DNA of 64,000 nt from the IMG/VR virus record IMGVR_UViG_3300021256_000056, positions 64,001 through 128,000 of that record, one strand, 5' to 3'. Under the pieces are notes generated by a model. The model made no database searches. It had not been told where the DNA came from and saw only the letters and a list, made by a program, of their open reading frames with translations. The stretch is from a virus. Lineage: Duplodnaviria; Caudoviricetes. This document shows, in pieces, positions 1-9,100 of this stretch. Made by a program: the position numbers and the translations under genes. Each line of letters starts with the position of its first letter. Position 1 is the stretch's first letter.

Positions 1-765
1 AGCGTCTTCTCTTTTTAGGGTTTTACCTAAAAGCGCGATTGTATTATTTCCGTATATACAATCAAGTGCACCTTCTACGAGTGTTATATCTGCATCCCAT
101 AATATATGTGATTCCTGGAATACTATTTCGGTTTTCTTTACACCTTCGCAATTTTTGTACTTTTGGCGCATTTTGCTGCCTGTAAAGTCTCGCCCAACCC
201 AATAATTTAAAGTTCCATCTTCGTTATAAGAGGGAACAATGATTCGATTTCTATCAATGGGCTTTTCTTCTTCCCAGTTTGTGTATCCAATCTTAAATTT
301 ATCAATTATGTCCTGTGTGATTTTTCTTCCCTCCAAATACTCTCTAACTTGTTTCCTGCAAACTTTCAAATCGACTCTTTTATAAGAAAGCGGAAGATGG
401 AGATATGTTTCTTCGGTACCATTGAAAAGGCTCTTGAATTCGGGAAGCTTATAAAGTTCATTGCTGCGCATTTGCGCTACAATTCCCTCGTATTCTCTTA
501 AATATTCTCGACCACCGTACCTGAGAATTAACTTTTTAATGCTACCCTTCATGTCGTCATCTACGGTACAGCACGACCAACACTTGTAGATACCCTTTAG
601 GACATTCACTTCAAGGTTATATTTTCCTACTTCATTATGCCCCTTTTCCTCAATGCATCGCGGACAATTGAACTGCAACTGACCATCATCGGTGACATCA
701 TTCTTTGGTGCCCCGAGAAAACCTGTGAGTATGTCTTGTAATCTTCTTAACTCTGGTATCTGCAT
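1..765 (-). CDS. DNA primase (DnaG/T4 gp61-like), truncated by window edge; absent from ORF track
   Basis: Manual translation from ATG at 765: MQIPELRRLQDILTGFLG...FNCPRC...YKCWSCC (Zn-binding), YLEGRKIT..IIDKFKIGY, RIIVPSY...YWVGR, TOPRIM start LVEGALD. Open to position 1. Confidence 0.9.
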   Translation of the reverse strand, partial: MQIPELRRLQDILTGFLGAPKNDVTDDGQLQFNCPRCIEEKGHNEVGKYNLEVNVLKGIYKCWSCCTVDDDMKGSIKKLILRYGGREYLREYEGIVAQMRSNELYKLPEFKSLFNGTEETYLHLPLSYKRVDLKVCRKQVREYLEGRKITQDIIDKFKIGYTNWEEEKPIDRNRIIVPSYNEDGTLNYWVGRDFTGSKMRQKYKNCEGVKKTEIVFQESHILWDADITLVEGALDCIYGNNTIALLGKTLKREDA

Positions 766-773
766 TTCGAGGG

Positions 774-805
774 CAAATATATACATTTTTTGATTAAAAA
801 ACAAA
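774..805 (-). promoter_or_regulatory. Bacteroidota-type sigma-A promoter for primase
   Basis: Minus strand TTTG-N20-TATATTTG, 8 nt before the ATG. Confidence 0.8.
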
Positions 806-829
806 AAACCCAAGAGTTTTACTCCTGGG
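803..829 (-). terminator. Intrinsic terminator after fibre gene
   Basis: Minus strand CCCAGGAG-TAAAA-CTCTTGGG followed by TTTTTT. Confidence 0.75.
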
Positions 830-864
830 CTTCCTGCTCTATAAAGAAGTTTTTGTTTAGGCTA

Positions 865-3051
865 TTAATAAGTACCGCAATCGATGATGGCACCAGTGAA
901 GTCGAAAGTGATAACACCTGATGTCTCGTTTTTGGTTACACCGCTAATGCCAGAGAATACGACGTCCTGTACGGCACCGTCAGCGGTTGTCTTAACTGCT
1001 GCAAGTTGGTCTGCGACAGTAGATACTGACGTGAAGCCACTACCGAGTTTCTGGTTGATACTTGTAATATCGCTATTTGCAGATGCAATAGCCTTTTGAA
1101 CGGTGTTGGTTGAATCAAAGCCGCTGCCAAGTTTTGCGTCAACAGTGTTGATTGCTTGTTTAACATCGTATGCAATTGCTAAGCCATCAGTGTTTGCAGT
1201 TGCGGCTGCAAGTGTGGATGATTTAACAGACACACCAACGCTTTGAGTTCTGTTCGCGCTATCTCTTTTGCCGATAGTAACAGTGACATAGTCTCCGCTG
1301 GTTCCAGTTACAATACCATAGAGAACGTTAGCAAATAAGGTTGATGCGCTGGTCTCTAGATTGGAGATACTGGTGTCCTGTGCATTTTGTTTCTGGGTAT
1401 AAGTGGTGCTCGTCCATGTGGTGAAGGCATCGTTGGTCATAAATACCGAAGTATCAATGGTGCCAGCGAGAGGGTCCCATGCCGCACCGTCCCATGCATA
1501 GTTGGTTCCAGCAGGAACAGCTCCATGAGCGTTGCTTACATTCCATACATCCCCTTTTACATTGCCGCTTGCAGGAAGTTGTTCATAGGTGCAAGTGCCT
1601 TTGTAAACAAAGACTGAAGAGGTCTTGGTGTCAATATAGTTCTTAACAGCACCCTGGGTTGTATCAATACCAGAAAGCTGGTTCTTAACGGTTGACATGT
1701 CGCTAATGACACCGCTGGTCTGTGCTGAAACATAGCTCTGGACATCATAAGCAACAGCTAGACCATTATCACCAGAAGTTGCAGCAGACACATCCTTGGT
1801 CGTAACAGCCACACTAACAGCTTGGTTGTTATTTGCATCTTTTGTTCCTACTGTGGTGGTAACATATGAGCCATCGCTACCCTTTGAAATGGATTGAAGT
1901 GCAGTGTCTGATTTTGCGGAAACGGCGTCAATAGCAGCCTTAATTGTACTAGTTGAAGAATAACCTGAAACAGTACCTTTAAGTTCAGTAACGTCATCGG
2001 TAACACTCTTGAACTGCTGGGTTGCTGTATTATCACTTGTTACACCTTCGCCAAGTCTTGCTGCGAGGGCGTCTGCTTTACCATCAACATATGTTTTGAC
2101 ATCAGAAGCCTCTGCGAGACCCTTGTTGCTTGCAGATGCGGCGGCGACTGACTGGATGTCAGATGCGACAGTAATGGTTTGTGTGGTTCCTCCGTCTTTA
2201 GGACTAATTGTAAGTGATACGTAGTCATCGGGGGTTCCAGGGAGAACTTCGGTAAGGGTGCCGCTTGATAGACCGCTAACAACTTCTTGGAGTGTTGTGA
2301 TATCGTCCTCCGCTTCACCAACTCTTGCATCAAGAGCGGTACGTGCAGAAACTTCGGCGTCAACCTTTTGGTCAACAGTATCAATTGCTTTTGCTACAGT
2401 GTTTGTGGCATCAAAGCTTCCACCGATTTTATTGTTAATTGCAGTATCGGCATCGGCGCGTGCGCTGGTTTCGGCGGCAACTGCATTGCTAACTGCATCA
2501 ACGGCGCTCTTTATTGCACCAGCCCCACTGTAACCGCTGGTAACACTTTGTAGAGTGGAAACATTGGTTTCAACGGCACCAACTCTACTTTCAAGCCCCT
2601 CTATTGCAGTGTTGGCGGTGGTAATAGCGCTTCTAAGTGCATCGAACTGCTGGGTTGCTGTGTTAGAGCCTGTTACGCCTTCGCCAAGTCTTGCTGAGAG
2701 GGCTTCGTCAGCTTCTGCACGTGCGGTTGCTTCGGTTGTAACCGCATTTTTAGCCGTATTTACATCGGTTTTGATTGCGCCTTCGCCCGTGTAACCGCTG
2801 GTAACAGCCTTAAGTGCGGTGACGTCTGTAGTTATAGTACTGGTGGCGGCGGCAATTTTTGCGTCAACGGCGCTACTGTCAATAAAGTGTGCAAAAGTGG
2901 GGGTTTCGCCAGTCACGGTTGCAATGATAAGTTCAGGTTGGTTGACGTTGTGCTGAACGGCGATTTCGCCAAGTCTCAAACCTTCGGTTTCTACTGCACT
3001 GGGAAGAGCCGTTCCACTAGTATGCAGATGAACTAAATGTTGTCTTGCCAT
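865..3051 (-). CDS. Tail fibre / virion appendage protein (coiled-coil, Ala/Thr/Ser-rich)
   Basis: N-terminal L.LGEIA attachment-type motif, EATARAEAD coiled-coil repeats, YKGTCTY...GDVWNV...YAWDGAAWDPL module, C-terminal IIDCGTY. Preceded by the late motif. Confidence 0.7.
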   Translation of the reverse strand: MARQHLVHLHTSGTALPSAVETEGLRLGEIAVQHNVNQPELIIATVTGETPTFAHFIDSSAVDAKIAAATSTITTDVTALKAVTSGYTGEGAIKTDVNTAKNAVTTEATARAEADEALSARLGEGVTGSNTATQQFDALRSAITTANTAIEGLESRVGAVETNVSTLQSVTSGYSGAGAIKSAVDAVSNAVAAETSARADADTAINNKIGGSFDATNTVAKAIDTVDQKVDAEVSARTALDARVGEAEDDITTLQEVVSGLSSGTLTEVLPGTPDDYVSLTISPKDGGTTQTITVASDIQSVAAASASNKGLAEASDVKTYVDGKADALAARLGEGVTSDNTATQQFKSVTDDVTELKGTVSGYSSTSTIKAAIDAVSAKSDTALQSISKGSDGSYVTTTVGTKDANNNQAVSVAVTTKDVSAATSGDNGLAVAYDVQSYVSAQTSGVISDMSTVKNQLSGIDTTQGAVKNYIDTKTSSVFVYKGTCTYEQLPASGNVKGDVWNVSNAHGAVPAGTNYAWDGAAWDPLAGTIDTSVFMTNDAFTTWTSTTYTQKQNAQDTSISNLETSASTLFANVLYGIVTGTSGDYVTVTIGKRDSANRTQSVGVSVKSSTLAAATANTDGLAIAYDVKQAINTVDAKLGSGFDSTNTVQKAIASANSDITSINQKLGSGFTSVSTVADQLAAVKTTADGAVQDVVFSGISGVTKNETSGVITFDFTGAIIDCGTY
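2011..2703. repeat. Two 60-nt direct repeats (2011-2070 and 2644-2703) within the fibre gene
   Basis: 53/60 identical by manual alignment. Both encode ARLGEGVT..NTATQQF. Confidence 0.85.
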
Positions 3052-3103
3052 AATTTAATTTGTCTTATTTTATTTAATTTATTTGTTTCATTTTGGTTTT
3101 AAT

Positions 3104-3112
3104 ATAAATAGT
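3104..3112 (-). promoter_or_regulatory. Putative phage late promoter ACTATTTAT
   Basis: Exact motif in the intergenic gap upstream of the fibre gene. Confidence 0.7.
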
Positions 3113-3133
3113 AAATGTTCTCGGAAAGTCAAA

Positions 3134-6100
3134 TTATTTTCCTAACAATTTTCTAACTTTTGTATCAAGAGAATTGAACTTTGACACAAGAACATCATAG
3201 TCATATTTGGATACTGTGGGTTCCTCTGAAGGGCTGGTGGCCTTAAACCTGGTAATACCCATAAGATTTGCTGAGAGTTCGTAAACGTGCTCTTCAAACG
3301 CCAGTGGTCTAATGGTTCCAAACATATCTCCTGCGGCACCCTTGGTGATTGTTATTGGCTTATTGCTTATAACATCGCCGCCGAAAGAGAACTTATAGTA
3401 ACCAGCAAACTCACCAGATGTTTGATAGATACCCATGTTTATTTCATCAGCATAAGGAATTTGTGTTGTATCCGTTCCGTCGTAGTTATATTCACTGCCA
3501 CCGCTATACAATTTAATATATATATCATCAGCAAATGTCAGATATTCAATATTGAATTCACTACCATTAAAAATTCTGCCAAGGGATTGCCACTGTTCGC
3601 CGTCCCAGCCATAATAGTTGTTATCCCTGTCGCTTACTCTCCAAACGTCATCGAGGCTTAGTCGTTCGCCCCAAACATAGACAATTGTTTTGTCCCCCTC
3701 TCCAACTTTATACATATCGCCAATAGCAGGATTAATTTCACCGTCAGTTACGGCTTTTACTAAGTTTTTAAATGTGTCATACGCCCCGATACAGGCGTCA
3801 ATTTCTTCTTGAGTGGGATTATCTATTTTACCCCAAGTTTTTTTGATTAGTTCCTCATACGTGCATGTACCTCTGAGTACCTGGTCGGTTGCGGGAGTAA
3901 ATAGAGGGTCGCCCCAACGATTTGCTTCTCTATATAATTCCAAAGAGGTCTTTGTACCTTCTGGGTTCGTGAAGTAGGCTACTTTTAGAGTGTTTACTCC
4001 GTCTTTTCTGGTTTCATAACCAATGAATGAAGAAGGAATACGAGACAATGGAGCACTTCCAGTAAAATCAAGGTCGGCGTCCAAGGTTCCAAAAGGATTA
4101 TAACCACGAGAAACGTTACCTCCGTTTGGAATTGTTGGTACTGACATAAATGCCATTGTTAGTGCTGAAAGTTTAGAACAATTATTAAATGCAGCATATC
4201 CAAGACTTCCACCAGATAAATTTGATTTGAACACTACGCTTCTGAGGTTTCTATCGCCGTTGAAAAGCTCGCTACCGATATTCTTGTAGTTCTTTTCAAA
4301 GGTTGCACTGCTTAGTGAAGTACAGTCTGCAAAGCATCTGCCCGCAGTTGTTGTAAATGATTCGGGTAAGGTAATGCTCCGCAATGACGTACATTGAGTG
4401 AATCCATATTCTCCTATTGTGGTAAGGGTATCACTAAAGTTAACTTCTGTCATGTGAACACACTTTGCTACGGCACCACCACCGTTTGTCATGTTGTCAC
4501 CACCCTTCACACTAATTGTTCCAGGCTTCATATTTAACACAGAGATGCCAAATGGTACATTGACAATCTGTTTATCTGGAACTGAATATATTGAGCCTTC
4601 GTAAGTTTCGAATATTTCCCCGCTATCTTCCTCTGGAATTCGGTATTCAAGAAGTTTTCCTGCATCTGCAGTCTTGCCACCAAGAATATGTCTATTACTA
4701 AACGAGGTTGCATTTACGACAACGCTATGTATTTCACCCCCCTCTTCAATATTATAACTGGCAACGGGTAAAGTAACAGCCGTTAAAGAAGTCATATCGT
4801 CTGCGCTGTTGTACTCAAGTGTCAAATATTTCGGGAATTTGATATATTTTAAATTGTGACAACTTTTCATGAAACAATCAGGGTTTCGAGGGTCTATAAC
4901 ACGTTTAACCGTTGTTATTGAATCGGGAAGCTCAAGACTTTCAATGTTATTACATTCTACTATGAAATAATTCCCTACAGTTTTAACGGTATTAGGTATT
5001 ACAATATCGGTCATTGCATCACAACGTTCATATATATGATTTCCAAATTCTTCAAGGGAGGTAGGATATGTAATAGCTGTTAATGCTACGCAATTTTGAT
5101 ATGCATAATTACCAATCACCTTAAGACTTGTGCTTAAACTCATATCAATATCGAGTAAATTGTTGTTAAATGCAAATACATGTTGTCCGAACTGTGTTAT
5201 GATTCTATTAAGAGTAATATGCTCGAGTTGTGTGTTATAGAACGAGTAGTCATACAATGTAATGCAGTTATCCAGTGTGGTGTAAGTCGTTAAATCACTC
5301 TTACCACATGGATATTTATATATGGTTTGCTGGGTTTTATTATAAAGAACACCGTCAACAGCTACATATGTAGTACTTTTGTCATTCACCGTAAAAGCCG
5401 TGATGTTTTCACCTCTAAGCATATACTTATCAAGTTTTCCATCACTAATCAAGCCTAGTTTGGCGGGAATTTCCACTGAAACTAAACCACAATCAATGTT
5501 AATGACATTGCCAGTATCTGTACTTGAAAATGTTTCAAATGCACCGTCCACAATTGTTGTCAACGTATTTGGCACCACAACCACATTCTTGGAGATTTCA
5601 GTTCCTGAAACGGCTAAATGTTGGATATTTCGGGTACCTCCAAAAGCATATTGCTCTATTTTAGTGATAGACGCAGGCAGAATAACTTTAGAGAGTGACT
5701 GGCATTGATAGAAACAAAAGCGAGGGATAGTTGTAAGTTTCGTATTTTGTCCGAAATCAATTTCTGTTAAGCCATCACAACCCTGGAAAGCACCCTGTCC
5801 TATTGTTTCTATGTCTTTTGGAAGGGTTAGTTTCGTTACGTTACAATTCATGAACGCATTCTCTTGTATGGTTTTTACATTCACAAATTCAGCAAACTCA
5901 TCAAAAGTAAATGCATCACTTACAAGATTTGCAAAAACAGTTCCAATGTCGGTTACGTCAAGTGCCTCTGACTTTGTAAGAACGTTGGGGTCGCTTGCCC
6001 AACCAGCGGCAGATGCGACATTCATTACAACTGGGTTAGACTCAATTGAAATGATAACGTCTTCGTTGAGAATGAGAAGTTTGAACGATTTACTTACTGG

Positions 6101-9100
6101 GGAACCGTTTACAGGGACCACATTAGCAATCAGGTGTATGTTTGCTGATGTTTCTGGTTCCTGCGTACTTGTCGCAACAACGTAGCGGTTTTGATTTCCT
6201 GGCACCACACCACAGTTATCATAATCAATATAGGGTGATGACATATTGTCAAACGTCCATTCTACCGTATATGTTCCAGTGGCATCTTTTTCGTCAGGGC
6301 CCAAGACCTCAAGGTCATAGAAATATCTATTTTCCTTCTTAATTGAGGATGCGCCACTAATAGTGAGCCCAGTGGATGACATTGGATATGTAGGGTCTTT
6401 TACTAGAAGGTTTATTTCGGAAGTGAATTGGTTACTACCCTCCCACCAGTACGTTACGCGTATTGTTAGATTATTATCTTCGCCAGTAATTAATTCTTCT
6501 GTAGTAAGCACAGCAGTAGCGTTCTCGCTATCACTTTCAATCGTAACACCTGTTCTGGTGTCATACTCTTCACCTCTCACGATTTCAAATACCACATAGG
6601 AATTAGGCTCTCTATTAGGATATATCTCACAAGAATAGTTAACTACTGTGTCTTGTCTGGCGGTAACAACCGTCTTATCGGAATCAATGATAACGAATGG
6701 GAGGCGGCATGTTACGAGAACTGGAGGATTCTTTGTTTTGTCAAAGCAATTTACGCCAAATAAATCCTTAATTCTCTGCACGCGCTGTACGGTCTCTTCT
6801 CGGGTGTCACCTTGAATGTTATCGCTAATTGTAATGGTACCTCTTAGATTGAAGGAGTCACAATTGTTCTTGAGAGCCTCGAACATATCAAGGTCGTCAT
6901 AAGTAATAACCCAATCAAAACCTTCAAACCTTACAATTGTGTTTGCTAGTGCGTCATCTTTTTGGCCATACCACTTCTTGAGAATATCAATACTGGTTTC
7001 TTTTAATGCGTCGCAGTTCACAATTTGAAGGTTATTAACCTTTGACATGTCGTCATTTTCAAATGCAATCTTATTGGCCGCTAAGTAATTAACGCCGTTA
7101 AGAAGAAGTGTATTATAGCAGGCTGGTAATGAAAGTTTCTCCATTCTAGAGCCGTTAGCGAAAACTATTGCCAAAAGGCCACTTCTAAATGCATAAACCT
7201 CCTTCACATTAGGGTTCTGGGATAGGTCAAGACTTGTAAGGTTCTCAAAACCTTGCATATCAATATACTCAAGCTTCTCGGCCTTTTCAATACCCGTTAA
7301 GTCGCTAGGTTTAAGAGAGCTTGTGCCCCTATTAACTTTTCCTGGTTTACCAAGGATGAGTTTCTTAAGTTGTGAACCAAGCACATCATGCTGAACACCT
7401 GAGAGGTCAAGAACCATGAGATATGGTGCAAAGTTGCTGAGGTCAAGTTCTGAAATGTATGGCGTAGCATAAATTTCAACAGGGTCACCTTGAGCAAGTG
7501 CCGCCATCCCTCCGTCTTTGACATCAAAGGTTAAATAATTGAATGTTCCGTCGGGTTTTTTAGTAGAAGGTATACCAGTTTGACCATTAGAACGATTGGT
7601 AATACCCCAACCATAATTCATGAACTCTGTAGGAAGTAACGTGAATTTTAGAGGGTCGTCACCACGTTCAATAGGGGCATCTGCCTTAAATAGGACCTTC
7701 TTATTTTTGTAGTCACCGCTAACAAATTTACTATCAAAATACGTAAAGCGTTTACTTAGCCACCATGCACGATGTGAAGAACGTGGTCCTTGCATCTTAC
7801 CTAAGTGGTTAAGACCTTGAATTGTATATGATTCGATATATTTGAAATTGGCGTCCTTATTAAGGATTCTTTCGCACCACATGTTTGCTTGCTTTGTGTT
7901 AAACATTGTTAGTGCGTTATCATATGTTAATCCAGCAACATAGAGTGCATTATCTATGTCGGAAACAATGGTCATAAACTCGCCATCCGCTTCTAGATTA
8001 TTCCATAGCACTGAAGAGTGTCCAGCGTAAGCGTAGCCACTTTCATTTGACCACTCGTAAACCTCGTCTCCGACTTTGTACATGTCGCCACTATTGGGAT
8101 GTATTTCGCCTGTTTTTTGTGCATGAATCAAGTCATCATAGGTGTCATATTCGCCAATACAAGCCGCGGTTTGTGCTGTAGTTGGTTCTGCATATTCAAT
8201 CCATGAGCCACTGCCTGTGCGGCTATTTCTGTCGATGTCTGGTTTATATACTAGCTGTCCATCATTGTTCAAGCCTAAGATGGTATCGTTATCGTAGTTG
8301 ATATAGAACCATTTACAGTGATTACCTATTGTTTCCTCGTATTTAACTGTTACGGTTTTTGTTCCACCAGTATCAGAGCCAGATGCGGTGGTGATTGCAA
8401 TGTATGAAACGGTTCCTTCGGAAGTAAACATACTGTTCTTTACCACCTGGTCAACAGCGCCAAATCTCATAAGGTAGACATAATATGCGGCCATCTTGAA
8501 GATGTCAAGGTAGTCCCACTTTTCTTTCTCGAACTTAAGTTTCTGATAGTTCAAGAAGTCTTCATATGTGTTGACAACATAGTTGCCGTTTGCTGCGTAA
8601 TATTGTTCTGCCTGCTTATAAACGAGGTCTTCGTTATGCCTTGTTTCACCGCAGATGCTAATCGTCATGCCAGGGGTAAAGGCGTCGGATGTTTCCATTG
8701 TTGAATGGCACCACGCATAGAACTCCCTGAGGTTTGTAAGACCACCCTTAGTGTCGGCATCGGGGATGTCTTTGTCCACTTCAGGATAACGGAATTCAAA
8801 TCCCTTATCCCAATCAGAATCAAATTCAGATACATCTGCAATAAAGTTAGTTACCCTGTTTTCGTTCTCCAAAACCTCGACACAGTAGTTTTTGTTTTTA
8901 ACATCGCCAGCGGTCATTATCTTTTGTGCATATAAAGCAAGATAAGGCTCCTCGGCGATTGTTGCTTTTCCTTCCTGATATGTTTTCGAATATTCATATG
9001 CTGTAGGACAAAGCGTAAGAATATAATCCATCTCAGTGAGGGGTTCTGGTGCTTTTTTGCCAACCTTATCCCTTACTGCGGCTTCAAGGGCCTCTACCGT

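Noticed and set aside
2011-2703. Repeat pair as a diversity-generating retroelement TR/VR
   Set aside because: Both copies are in frame in one gene, mismatches are not adenine-specific, and no reverse transcriptase is present in the window.
3103-3112. TATAAATA as a canonical T4 late promoter firing on the plus strand
   Set aside because: In that orientation it points away from the adjacent gene start at every copy; the consistent sense reading is ACTATTTAT.
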